Source of the DNA: Paraspadella gotoi
Lineage: Eukaryota; Animalia; Chaetognatha
Direction of reading: 5' to 3'
NCBI GenBank assembly: GCA_051294375.1
Contig: CM119270.1
Coordinates: 12,337,676-12,401,675, forward strand
DNA length: 64,000 nucleotides
Within the stretch, counting starts at the first letter, position 1. Each line of letters starts with the position of its first letter. A program made the position numbers and the translations under genes. The notes under the pieces were generated by a model, which saw only the letters and a program-made list of their open reading frames with translations, searched no databases and was not told the origin of the DNA. Positions 27,205 through 40,620 of the stretch are shown one piece after another.

Positions 27205-29553
27205 CCCTTAAAAATCCTTTTGAAATGTGAATGTATCTGGAAATAAGGGGGCCTCGCGGAATGTGAATTTTTTTTCCTTTTTGCCCTGGCAGTCTATCAA
27301 ATCTTTTTTTTTCTTGCCCACCTTATTAAGAAATTGGCGAGAAAGCTTTTTTCCTTGATTTGACGGTAATTTCAAATACGTTTATTGATCACAATCATTA
27401 CAAAAATCATAAATAATAGTTATTTTAAATAAAAATAAATAAATAAAATAATAAAAAAAATTGAAATAAATAAATAAATAAATAAATAAATAAAAGAAAA
27501 AAGATAGTGAAACAAGTAATTTTGCAACTTTCATATATAACTAGATAATAATTTAATATATTTAATAATAAAATACAGTATTCTTTTTTAAATTATTATT
27601 TCTAATTACTATTTTACAATTATAGCGATATAATTTTACTTTTATTCATTTTCTATCACTCGTGGAGCAACTTAAGTCATTTTTTGGTTGATCGGTCGGT
27701 ATATCTGTCTGTCCTTTGGTCTATCCTAGTTTAAAAATGCTTATAACTCGATAATACTTTATCAATTTAGTTCATATTTGATATGGAAGCGAGGTACTTT
27801 GGCAGCAAGACTTAAAGCTGCTTCCCTGCTGTCCGTCCTCAGCCTCGTCTCAATGGCTGAGCAGACTAAATCATCTCGTTTCAACCCCGCGAACCAGTAA
27901 TCACAGGCATTCCTCCCATTGCCATAGTACCACCTTTAACGTACATATGTATCATATTTGTATATATATGAGTATCTTAAAAAGCGATTACATTACCCCA
28001 AAATAAATGTGGTTTAAACTTGCTAGCGCTACCTTTTGTTTATAATAAATCGTATAAAGAATAAAAGACAGAATTCCAATATAGTGTATGGTGAACGGTC
28101 ACGGTAGTAAAGTGATTACCCGGAAATAAATATGAAAGAAAGTTATTGTGGTGTAACACCTATTGTAATCACACTTCTTGTTTATTTACCATTTAAAACA
28201 AATATTTGTAGTATACCATGATAGAAAAAAAATTGTCGCGGTTACTTTCCAGCCATTTTTCGGTTTTTTAATGTAAGAATCGAAAAATAAAATTTAGATA
28301 TCAAGAAACTTTAACCTCTTATGATTCATATTAGCTGTATCTTATTTATGTACGACAAAAAATACAAGAGTTCTATGCAAAAGAAAATGAGTTGTCAAAA
28401 AAATGCTTCTTTTTTATCTTTTTCATATCTACACTTTTTATTTTTTATTAATTTCAGGTTCTTTTTTATTACTTTTTAAGTTAAACCATTGATACTGTAG
28501 ATGCTCCAGAATATTTTTTATATTATAATATAATATTATATTATATAATATGAGTAGTACTCTTGATCAAAAAAAGGTGAAAACAATTAGAGTCAACCTC
28601 TTTTGAAAGTAATTGTATGCAATAAATAATTTTATGCTATTGAAAAATAATATTTTTATTCAGTCTTAGGGATGTCATATTATATAATAAAACCTATTAA
28701 GGGCCAAAAAATATATTTGACAATGAAATTGACCGATTTTTCCAAACTGCAGCAATTTTTTTTCCATCATGGTATATATATATATAAATTCCCTTATGTT
28801 TTAGAATTGTTTTTAAAAGTATCCAACCTATTTAAAAAATGATCATTTATAACATCTTTTAAAAATGACTTCAAAATTTTAGCAAGCTTGGATAGTTGTT
28901 ATGACAGTTAGACTTTTTGTGTGATAATCTAAAATAATCGGATCTAAAACAGAATTAAATAAGGGAAAAAATGAATATTTTAAATACTCTGAACAAAATA
29001 TATGTTTAAAGGCTTTAGATAATAACTTTTGTTACAAACAGAAGAAAAATATTTTAATCAGTTTGGTAACTTCGGAGTGCTACTAATATTTTTCTGTCGA
29101 GAACCCGTATATTTTGCCGATAACAATAATAACCAAAAACCGTTCGTAAACACGACAAAATTTTGATTCGAAAATTCAAGCAAATAAGCAAATAAGCAAA
29201 TAAGCTCCAACGACACAAATTCACGCCCTTTTCTTTCGCGGAAATATATCAGTACGAAAAAATGAAAAGGACGAAAATACATCTGTGAGGATATGTCTTG
29301 CAGATGAACGGACGAGCACAGATGGCAGGAAGTGAAGAAAAAGAAAGAGGGGAAAAAAAAGAAGTGAATAAATAATAAGAAAATAAAAGAAAAAAGTCAA
29401 ACACATAATAGAAAAGGGATGATGATGACGAGGGGCTTGGGTTTTTCTTCCCTCTTTCCCACACCTTGGTTTCAGAGGCTGGCGCCATTCCAGGTGGTTC
29501 CCAGACAAGACGACGTCGTCGGCACTTGAGAAGAAATCGAGGCTGACGCCAGC

Positions 29554-29608
<55 letters not shown>

Positions 29609-31689
29609 CGGCGGCGACAAGAATTCGGACGACAGATGCGACGATATCAGGAAGATTTTTTTCGCGACGACGACGACTATGATCTCTGGGCGAAAAATTG
29701 TAACGAGAGTTTGATGGATGTCAGGTGATTTATTACGAAAGTTTAACAAAAGTAAAACAAAACATGTATATACATACAGCACATTAAAATTTCGAAATAA
29801 TACTAAGTAAATTTAAAAGAAAAACCGAATCTATCGTCGAAAAGCATTTAATACAGATCAAAGAAAAAATGTTTCGCATTGTCATTAATGACGAGAATAA
29901 AATTTTAAGCGATAAAGGATGATGATAAAATTTTATTTGGGCAATTATTTTTAAAAAAGAATATTCTTAATCGTTTCCTAATTACACAATGAACGTCGGT
30001 CCTTTTGAGCTGGCTCTTGGTTGAGCATGCTCATCTCCCGGACATTAAGAAAGAAAAAAAGAAAATTCTTTTGCCAAATTATAGGTGTTCGACATCGATT
30101 GTTTTCCCTTTTTTATAATAGATAATAGATAAAGATGCAGAGTCGATTACAAATTTTCACGCGCTACGAAACGGGCGATTTCATTTTGTCATATCTTTCT
30201 TTATTTTTGTATAATGTACATTGTACAATTGTACATATCAACCTTTTCAAATAAACTAATAAAGTCTTTTTAGTCGCGGCTGAAAGCGACTATATAAGAC
30301 GCTCTTCGGCCTGTCTATCAATCACTTCACTTGCTTACATCCTCTGGGTCTTAGTTGCCCTTAAGGTTATCTTCTAAATTTTAAATCTTTGTAATTAATC
30401 TTCTACAACTGTTTTTGTTCTGTTTCCTTAAATAAAAAAATCTTAAAAGAATAGTGATCTCGCCATTCGTTACTATTAAAAAAAATTAGGGAAAAAGTAC
30501 TATAATCTAATTTGCATATTGCAGTAAATCATAATAAAGTGGAAATTCAAACAAAAAATACTTGAATCAATATAAAACAAAAAAATTGACACACATTTCA
30601 ACTGCCTCACTGCTTAACTAATGAAACTTGACAACTACGTACATTATTTAGTAGTTATACCATAAACCTACAAAAAAAAGATAAAAATCGTTTATTATTA
30701 TTGTATGGCTACTTAAGAGAAGTGGCGAGAGATAATAGGAGAGTGGTTCAACCTGGATTATGATATTCATTGATATGATGATAATCATTTATCGATGTAA
30801 TGATTTCTGGTTAAAACTTTGCAGAGAAAACGTGTGCCAGATAGCGCTTTAAATTATGCTAAAAATGGTTAGTTTTTTTTTAGTATGTTAATTATTATGC
30901 TAAATTATCTTTTAGCAAATTTAATGCAAATCTGTTACAAGAGTAAAGAGAAATTATTATTATTAGAGCCTATGAAAAATTATTTAGACAGATAAAAACA
31001 AAAAAAGATAAAAAAAATAATACTTTCTGTGAATTGCTTAATGCTTAAGCGATGAGCCATATAACCAGTCAAGTCATGTAAAAGGTTTTTTGCAGCAGTA
31101 ATTTTCAAACAGACCAACCAACCAACTGACGCTATAGCATTTTACACAAGCATCTCAGAGAAAAATCGGTATTAACCAAATACTTTGGCTTTATTGTATA
31201 CAATTGGTACAACCAATATAAAAATTATCCATTAATTTAATAAATAAGCTATCTTGCCCCTGACTTTGGACAGGCTTTGGTGGTTTAAGGCCCCCATCAC
31301 TCTTACAAGATAATGACATAGCAAGTCCCTGCAAGCTTTCAATCAAGACTCTCTCACAGTCTCATTTATTCACTCCCAGTGTACCTGGCCTCCCTATCAA
31401 TGAAGTGGAAAATATTTCAAAGAATGTTTCAATTGTATTAATTGTATTAATAGCAATCCGTTCCTGGTCTCAAATAATTGTAATAGGAATTAACATGATT
31501 GTTATCAAAGAAAAAAATAATAAAACAAGCAAATAGCATATTTAATACAGATTTGAATTGCCAGAGGAAATGTTTTTCATACTCTGTCCAATGCTGTAGA
31601 TCGAAAAATCTTAAATTTTTTTCACAATTGAATATGCCAGATTGTATGCTGTATGTGTGGATAAGGCGCTACGTAGGCTGAAGATGACT

Positions 31690-31880
31690 GTCCGTAACTT
31701 CTAGAACCCCCTCTTGCAGCCATGGAACAGGTCCCTGGGCTTGAAACCAGGCTTGAGGGTTTACCATTCCCCCAAGGCGGCTTATGGCCCTCACGCTACC
31801 CGCAGGGTAGGTACTGGGTTCAATCCTAACCCGGTACCTAGTGGTCATGAGCTTTTGGCTTTACTCATTAAACGTTATAA
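31690..31880 (-). mobile_element. SINE-like element: degenerate tRNA(Met-like) head followed by a twister-like motif
   Basis: Minus strand ...AATGAGTAAAGCC..CTCATGA (CAT anticodon-loop-like)..AGGTACCGGGTT (variable loop/T-arm-like), immediately followed by the structured motif at 31727-31803. Confidence 0.5.
31727..31803 (-). ncRNA. Putative type-P5 twister ribozyme variant
   Basis: GCGGGU(P5) A GC(P2') GUGA GGGCCA UAA GC C GCC UUGGGGG..CCCUCAA(P3) G CCUGG UUUCAAGC CCAGG(P4/L4) G ACCUGU(P5'). T1 = GA/UC. The conserved A after the catalytic G is U here. Confidence 0.6.
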
Positions 31881-31974
31881 AAGTGTGTATTTTTATTTAT
31901 ATTAAAATTTAGATATAGCTTCTCATCAAAAAGGTCTTTTAAAATCACATGTTTCATATTGATTCAAATATTTT

Positions 31975-32038
31975 TTGAGGAAGACAGAAGTTTTGAAAAT
32001 ATAATACTAAATATTTTCAAAACTTCTGTCTTCCTCAA
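31975..32038. repeat. Perfect 28-bp inverted repeat with 8-nt loop
   Basis: TTGAGGAAGACAGAAGTTTTGAAAATAT / ATATTTTCAAAACTTCTGTCTTCCTCAA. Confidence 0.95.
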
Positions 32039-32109
32039 TGGCGCAAAAAAAAATAATTTCTAAAAAATGTTAAAAGAAACAAATGAACAATGGAAAAAAA
32101 ATTTATATT

Positions 32110-32582
32110 ACTCTGGTGTCTTGAAGATATAAGATTTTTAAAAATATAGATTTAAAATAACAGATGGCTCTATCCCAAATAGCATCAAGGCAACCGCAAA
32201 TTATCTTAAAACTTATCTTTTGTTTGAAAAAAAAACATATCAATCCCATAACACTCTTGGATTATTTTTATCACATGATTGTGAAAGGTGTTCCATAATA
32301 GCAGAATCTTTTAAATTAATATAAAGAATATAATTTTTATGATCATTTAGTCTTATCTTCCATAACCATAAAGTTTTACCATTATAACATTTTGGTACAT
32401 TAAAAAAGACTTTTATATATGATAACAGATTTTTAAAAAATTATTCAAAAGATGCTTTAATTTCTTATAATATCAATAATTAAATAAAAGATTAGTCATT
32501 AACAAGAATTTTGTTTGCTTTAATGCTATTTAAGACAAAGCCATCTGTCATTTTAATTCTGAATCTTAAAAAATACCAGAGG
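32110..32582. mobile_element. Degenerate inverted-repeat (MITE-like) element
   Basis: Left arm CTCTGGT...AAAATAACAGATGGCT...AAATAGCAT...ATCTTTT mirrors right arm AAAAGAT...ATGCTATTT...AGCCATCTGTCATTTT...ACCAGAG. Confidence 0.6.
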
Positions 32583-33490
32583 GATTATTTTTTTTTATTC
32601 TCAATATTTTGCCTTGTATACTTTGTTCTCTGAATTTTTTTGGTAATTATTAATTTTTAAGGTTATTCTCTTTTTTTTATTAATAATAAAAACAGTATTG
32701 ACAGTTCTTCCATTATATTGTTTTTAAATAAAATATATTATGATTATTTAATATTTCTTTTTCTGTTGGTACATAAAGACCAATAAAAAACTGCATATAT
32801 GAATCATATCTTTTCAGAACTTTGAGAAACTACATTATTTTATGATTTATTATTTTACTAAAAATATTATCTTAAAAACATAACTAAAGGTAAAACTTTT
32901 TTATCTATTATAACACATCTAATTGAAAAGAAATATTTTAATATGATAATTATTTTTGTAAGTCGCGACTTTTTGAAAACTAAAAAGCGTTCTTTTTTTT
33001 TAAATTTTGTTTTTCTATTTTTTTCTAGCTTTGTTTTTGTCTCGATTGACGGATATTGCGGAGAGTGGAGGGTCAGGCCTCGAAGGCCTCGAGGAGGGAT
33101 GCCAAATCTCAATGCTGGTCGAGAGTTGCCAACTCAGAGCTGAGGAATGTGTGGCCGAGATAAGGGGGGGTGGCTGCTTTGTTATCGTGTAGTCCGGCCG
33201 TTGGGGAGAGGGGGGTTGGCTCAAGGGATCGTTAAAGAGAGCGTGGGGGTGATGAGAGAGTCGACGAAATCACGATAAGATACGAATGAACGGACGGATT
33301 GACGGACGTATGACGGTACAGATGTAAGTATCCTCACGAAAAGACCGAATTTCTTGATATTTTATCGTCATAGAATTTGTTAAAACTTGACAAAGACCCG
33401 ATTTCATGCACAGGTAATTACAGCTGTTGAATGAATGCAGAGAGATAATTGTTAATTCATATAAAGCTAACGTAACGCATAATTACAGGT

Positions 33491-33549
<59 letters not shown>

Positions 33550-33844
33550 CGCTAGCAGCTGTCGTCTGTTTCAAATCTTCTTTTTCTCCTGGTTAAAGGC
33601 TTAAAGACGCCAGAATCACAGAGGGAGTCAGATGAGAAGCAGAAATTGGAGTTTGGAGGGGGGGAGGAGGAGGAGTAGGAGGAGGAGGAGGAGGATTATT
33701 AGACAAGAAAAAAAACTGATCATTTTGATTTTCATCCCTCCCATTTTCTCTCTCTCTCTTTAGATATTACGCGGGCCAATTCATAGCAGTTTAAACTTTC
33801 GGGGAAGATAACTATAAGTTCACCGCCACTACGCCCTACAGTGG

Positions 33845-34503
33845 GCATTAAGGCATAGTAAAATTCCTAAATTTAACTTTAATTAAAATTCTAAAAGTGA
33901 GGAACGAACAACATTATACTAATGAACATTTATGTAATAAAAAAATTTATAATAAATTTTACAATTAATGCAGTAGGCTCTATTTATACTAGTACTAAAC
34001 CAATAAATGTTAAAATTTCAAAACAGTTTTTTTAAAGATTTTTTTGCAGATTTGGATTCGTCATAAAAAGTTTATAAAAAGAAATATAACTCTTTTTGAA
34101 AAATTCCTTCATTAAGTGGGTCAAAAATTAGAAAAAGCTATAATTTAAGCTGAAAATTAACTTTTTATATGAAATTGGTACAACCAATATAAAAATTATC
34201 CATTCATTTAAATATAGTTTTTTTTATTTTTAACCCACTTAATGAAAGAATTTTTAAAAACGATTTATATTCTCTTTTATCAATTTTTGACGAGGAATTC
34301 AAATCTGCAATCAAAATTAAGAAAAGCCTATTTTGAAATGTTTTGATTTTATAAGGATAGTACTATATATAAATATAGCCTACTGCAAAAATTAAAAGAC
34401 ATAAAATTAATTTTTTTTACAAATTAATGTTCACTGATGGTATGTTGTTCATAATTGACTTTTAGAATTTTTGTATGTAACTTTTCACTACGCCTTAGTG
34501 GGC
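33845..34503. mobile_element. Foldback/MITE-like element with ~300-bp imperfect inverted arms
   Basis: Arm 33845-34148 mirrors 34208-34503 (e.g. TGCAGTAGGCT/AGCCTACTGCA, TTCATTAAGTGGGT/ACCCACTTAATGAA, TGCAGATTTG/CAAATCTGCA). Part of the right arm recurs at ~36150-36330. Confidence 0.8.
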
Positions 34504-37500
34504 ATCGCCGGGGATAAAATGGCCCACTCTCTCTCTCTCTGTCTGTCTCTCTCTCTCTCTCTCTCTCAGAGAGAGTAAATCACGAATTAAAAAAATAAAT
34601 TAACAATTTTTGAAATCCTATTCATATAGATTATAGATTTTAAATTTTTTTCCTCTACACATTTTTATTTTTTTCATTTTCTATCTTCCATGATTTTTTA
34701 ATTTCCTAACTTATTTTTTTTCACTTAATTTTTTTGTCTATTTTCCATTTAATTTTGATTTGTTTCATTGGTATTTAATATTTTTTTAACTAAAACCAAA
34801 AAAAATTACAATCTGTATTATAAAAGATTTAAAAATGATTAAGAAAGAATATTTATTTGCTAACAAAAAAGCTTAAGATTGAATACAAGTGTTTTGCTCG
34901 GGCTTTTGTTTCAGCTTTGCTCCATTCTTGGTATAAAGCGACCTCTCAAAACAATTTGGGGCAAAGGCATTTTTCCCAGACAAAAGATAATGTTAAAAAC
35001 TTTGCTTGACTTTTTTTATAAAAAATATATTTAGGTAATCAAATTAAAATTAAAAGGAAATAAATCAACTAAATGTTTAAGTATTTAAAAAATATTTTGT
35101 TTTTATTTATAGTGTTTAAATTTAAAATTCATAATTAGATGAATTGATTATTAGTAAAAAAAAATTTTGTAAAAAAAAAAAATTACAGTGCCGAAACAAC
35201 TTGAACTTGTTAGTTTCTGTTTTATTTGTTAGTTGCTTTATTTGACATAAGGGCAAACGTTTTCACTTATTTTAATAGTGTTTAATTTTGTGCTCTATTT
35301 TAAATTTTTTTAAGCATTTTTTTGTAAACCAATTTTTATTTTTATTTCCTCATCACCTATTAAATTATTTAATATTAAAAACAGAAAAAGGTTCATGGAT
35401 TTCTCAAATAAAAAATTGGAGACCTGACGTTATTCTTATTACCATAGTATTAATGAAGAAAATCATTACTACAAATTTTTACAGTATAAACAAATTAATA
35501 CTGCAGCATTCACTAACATTTGTGATAATAAAAAATTATTCTGGATATGACCCCCATAGCACTTCATCTAAGCATTTTTAAGGGAAAAATACTATAATAT
35601 TCATAAAAGGGAAAGATAAGGAGTTTTAGTTTCTTTTAACAAAATTAAATTTTTAAAAATTACAAATTTTATCATCAGCAACTTTTGTAGTTAATTAGAT
35701 AAAGAATTTGTACCTTGTGGGACTATTAAAATACCTTGAAAGGAATTCTCAACTAAAAAATTAAATTTCTAGCATAAGCCAAAACTGTATAGCATACAAT
35801 ATAAATCAGTTTATACTTTAAAATTTTATAATTAAAAAAAAATTGAAGCTGCAGTAAGCTGCATTAACTTAAAATACTATACAATTACCGGGATTAAGTC
35901 CCTGACTTATAAACCATCGATCTATGTTATTTATACAATGTAATATACTCAGTTACTAGAATAAAGTAAGATTTCTTTTAATGTAATTTATCCAAATTTT
36001 GGCCTCAGGGCATTTGGCCCCATATAATACAGTATCTAAATTCATTTGGATATTGCAGTATGGGGCGAATTAAATGTAATGCTCAACCATACTTGTAACC
36101 GTAATTTTATCATTCTCGACCCATTATTGAATACACAGTGATACCAAAAATTTTTTAAAATATGTTATATTTTCTTTTATCTACTTTTGACGAGGAATTC
36201 AAATATTTAATCAAAATTAGGAAAAGTCTATTTTGAAATTTTTTTTTTATAAGGATAGTACTATATATAAATAAAGCCTACTGCAAAAATTAAAAAAACA
36301 TAAAATTAAGTTTTTTTTATAAATTAATATTAACTCGCTCTACTGAACATGTAGTAAAATGATCAATCAAATAATTGATAAAACTAATTTTTTTAGATAT
36401 ATCATTAAGTATAAATTATTAAAGGAAATAGTAATTTATATGTATGAAAACAAAAAAGAAAGAGAGGGGTAGACAGAGAGAGAGAAAAAAAGTGAGAGAG
36501 AGATAAAAATAGAAAAAAAGAAAGAGAGTTAGAAAGAGATAGAGATACAAAGAGATAGAGATACAAAGAGAGAGAAAAAGAGAGAGAGAGAGAAAGAGAG
36601 ACAGAGAGGAGAGAGATATGAAAATTAAAAAAGAGAGAATAAGGTAGAAAAAGAGAGAGAGAGAGAGAGAAAGTGAGAGAGTGATAAAAAAAAAAAGAAA
36701 TAGTGAAAAAAAGAGAGAGATAGAGATAGAAAGAGAGAAAGAGAGAAAGAGAAAGGTAGACAGAGAGAGATAAAATAAAATAAAGTGTTTAGGAATGAAT
36801 CTAAATGCAAATAAATTATTTATTTTTAAATTAGGATTGTTAATATTTTTTATGTTTTCAGTTAAAATATTTTTATAACAAGGACTGTTTATAATAAACA
36901 TTTTTTGTGATTAGGGGTGGGGATAGGGCTTTAAATGTCAATCCCCATCAAAAATAGTGGTGGGGATTCCCCAAAACTTAGGAAAAAAAGACGGTTTTTG
37001 AGAACAGAAAGAGGGCGCAGTTGAAACTGTCCCCTTATAGCCCGTTTAAACTGCGCCTTTTTGGACGGCGCAATACTTGTCTCTTTATCATCCTTGTTTT
37101 TACATTTTTTCTAGTTTTTTTGCTTCTTTTCACCGTTTTGCCCAGACCCCTTTTCTGCATTCTGTTTCTCGAACAGTTTCATTAACTTTTTTTAAATTCA
37201 ATATTGTATTCCTATTGATTAACCTTTCTAAAACTTTTCAGTCGTCCCGTTCATCCTCTATCATTCATCCCTCGTTCGGTCACTTAGAGAGTCGTTTAAA
37301 CTTTCTCTTTCAATGGGAAAATTTTAATACAAAAAAAGGATATTTTTTTTACTATCAACGTTCACCAATTTGACATTTGAATGACAAAAGGTTTTACAAC
37401 GTCGGAAATAAAGGCTCAATAGGAGAGAAACTAAATTGAAAGCGGAAGGCTGCTAAAGTGTGTCAAAGTTGGACAAAAAATAAAAGACAAAAGTAAAGGA

Positions 37501-37807
37501 TAAAAAAGTTTTAAGCAGAAGTTTGATCTTTATTTACTTTTACTTTCATTTTACTTTACATTTATTTTACTTTAACAGTTTATCTGCTTCCCAAAGTATA
37601 ATTCTTATAACTTTACTTTAAGGAATCATTAAGTTGAATTGGTGAGGAAATAGTTAAAAATTGAAACGATAATTATTATTTTATTATCTTTAGAGATTGG
37701 CATCTTATCTATGAAATTGGTACAACCAATATTTTAGAATTCCTCCTCCCACGAAATTCCTTTCCGAATGAGATTCTTTTCAAAATCGATTATTAAACCT
37801 GGTAACC

Positions 37808-37927
<120 letters not shown>

Positions 37928-39585
37928 GCGTTCCTCATGATACCTCCGAGTTACCTCCCCACAACGCCTTTGGCCCGTAACTGAGTCTCTCGTTGGGTTT
38001 TAATCACTGAGCAAACTTGGAATTCCAGAGTTTCTTTTCCTTACAATAACTCAAGGTTGAGGCCATTCTGAAAAAAAAAAATCACTAATGTAAAACTAAT
38101 GTTGTCACTGTAAAAGCCCCCGTCCTCCCCCCACTTCCCCCCCACTACCGCGCCAATAACGCCAACTTGTTTATCGAACTTCCGAAATCTGAAAGAAACT
38201 TTCAAAACGAGTCGCGCGAATGAGCAACGTCGCAACTTCACCCAAGAAATTCAAGGTTCCGTCGCCGGGCGAGGTCGCCACCCTTACTACCCTTTCGAGG
38301 GTTCGCGCCCCCCGGGTCGTCGCTACGAGGAGTTGCCCCCATGGCGACCCCATGGGCTCCCCCATCACCGCGAACGACCGTCGCCGCGACAACCGCCCTT
38401 TGTCCTTCTCGAGGTCCTCTGCTTTCATAACTTTTCGTAATTCGAGATTCTCGATCGCTCGGTGACTCTTAGAGAAGGGGGAAGGAAGGGGGGGGGTTCG
38501 CTTTCCTTTTTTTTTTATTCTCGGTCCTTTCATATTCTTTTTTTTTTTTTTAATTGAGGAGCCTTGAGTTCGTGACAAAGGGCGAGGGGGGAAGGCCAAC
38601 AGCTGAGGCCAAACCGCGTTTGGATTTTTTAACTTTTTTTTTTTTTTTCGTTTTACTAATCCGTTTTTTATTGATATAAATATAAATCATTCCTTTTATC
38701 GTGATCGGGTTAATCCGTAAATACGTTAGCAGATATGCTTTACAGATGGAAAATGTTTTAAAGTTATACATGATCCATGATCGACATTTTTTCTCTGGAT
38801 ATTTCCTAATGAATTTATCAGTTGGCCAATTTTCTCTCGGGCTTCTGGTAATACTATTTTTTAAAAGAAGAAAAATATGTAGATGAATAAAAAATGATAA
38901 GAACATGACTTGAAAAAGAACAAAATATCAAATAAAGTTTATATGGGATGTAATATTTGACTGAAGAGAGATTAAACTAAACTAAATATTTCTTTTAATT
39001 CAGTTAGTTACTAATTACAATTGAAAACGTCCAGATAAAAATATTTTTAAAAAAATACAATAATTTTTTTTCCGTTTCAGTTTAATCTCGCCTAAGCGAC
39101 GCCATCGCGTTCCTCAACGTTTTAAATGTTAAAAGCATTAGTTTTTCCAAAGCAGATGTACAAAAAGAGAGAAAAAAAAACCCGATGTTCGCCACCCGTT
39201 CCCTCGCCATCTGACATCTCGCCATCTGAACCGAGCTGCCATCTTGCCCATCCGACATCTCACGATCATTCATGACCCGAATTGAAATCGATCCGACATC
39301 TGTTTGACCGACGACGATTCCAGCGTTACGCTTTCCGTCCGTTGCCGACGCAGACGGACCGGCAGTTGCCGATATCGGCGGCTGCAACCGCCAATTGCCG
39401 GGTCCAGCCGCCGTCGCCGACGATGACAGACATCGGGATGCGCGGCCCTCGTCGTCGACAACGGGTCAAACCCTTGGAGCCGCGGGGATTATGTCGTTGT
39501 CGTCTTTGTCGTCGTCCTCTTTGTCGTCGTCGGGGCGGACCGGTGTAGACGGGTCGACGCCAGCGCAGGTGAGCCGAAGCGGCGA

Positions 39586-39957
39586 GAGACGCCGTTGCAG
39601 GTGAGGGGAGCGACGGGGAACGCCGATGACACAAGAGAGAAAAGAGAGAGACACAGAGAGCTCTAGAGAGAGCGTTTAAAATCAAGGACAGGAAATAACG
39701 GGGTGCGAACTTTGGTTTTTCTCTTTCGTTTTAAAGAATCTCAGATAGCAACGGGTGTGGGAGACGCCGTTGCAGGTGAGGGGAACGACGGGGAACGCCG
39801 ATGACACAAGAGAGAAAAGAGAGAGAGACAAAAAAAAATCAAGGACAGGAAATAACGGGGGGGGGGAACTTTGATTTTTAACCCGATTTTAATCCAAAAG
39901 AAAAAAGAAAAGAAAAGAGTTTTCTCTTTCGTTTGAAAGAATCCCAGATAGCAACGG
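39586..39957 (+). repeat. Local tandem duplication (~175-200 bp x2) upstream of the Id/emc gene
   Basis: GAGACGCCGTTGCAGGTGAGGGG...AAATCAAGGACAGGAAATAACGGGG...AAAGAATCYCAGATAGCAACGG occurs at 39586-39755 and 39761-39957. Confidence 0.9.
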
Positions 39958-40239
39958 ACTTGAAGCCGCTTTCAATCTTGCGATGCAACGTTAACTTTTT
40001 CTTTCTTTCTTTATTTCTTTTTTTTTTTTTTTTAATCTTTGTTATCCTCCCTTTTGGTTCTCACGCTATTTATAACTTCACCAAGTATTCAAAATATCCT
40101 CAGAGAGAATACAGAATAGACCGGTCGTCGTTATCGTCGTCGTCGTCGTCGATGATGATCTTATCGTTCTTTTCCTCGTCTTTTTACAGACCTCAAAAGA
40201 AAAGTTAAAATTTAAATCTCAAACTCTTCCTTCTCCTCG

Positions 40240-40440
40240 TCCGATTAGCCAGCCGCAATTGGTATCGCGATCCGATTGGTCGAAACTTACGAGGGTTTGC
40301 GAAATCGAATTCTCAACTCTCTCGGATCCTTGATTGGTCGACATTGTCGGGATGGTCCTCTCAGTCGTCTCTATTGTCGTCGTCTTGGACGAGCTTTGCC
40401 TTTAAAAGCGCTCGACAAAACTCCGCCGCAAAGATTCGAA
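40240..40440 (+). promoter_or_regulatory. Likely proximal promoter of the Id/emc gene
   Basis: Inverted CCAAT boxes (ATTGG at ~40258, 40275, 40333) and a TATA-like TTTAAAA at 40401, ~220 bp upstream of the ATG. Confidence 0.45.
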
Positions 40441-40620
40441 CTTTCAAGACTCTGGATCGCGTTTGTTAGCACAAATTTAAAAAAAAAAAGTCTGACATCC
40501 GACCATTAATTTCTCTCTGTTGGATATTTACGTCATTCACCACAACTTTTTCCCACGAAAAAAAAAAACTTGCTTTACTCCAACCTCGATTCGAACAAAA
40601 AGAAATCCCTACCACTCGCC

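Noticed and set aside
38171-39685. GC-rich ORFs upstream of emc
   Set aside because: No recognisable protein similarity or consistent splice structure; more likely regulatory DNA.
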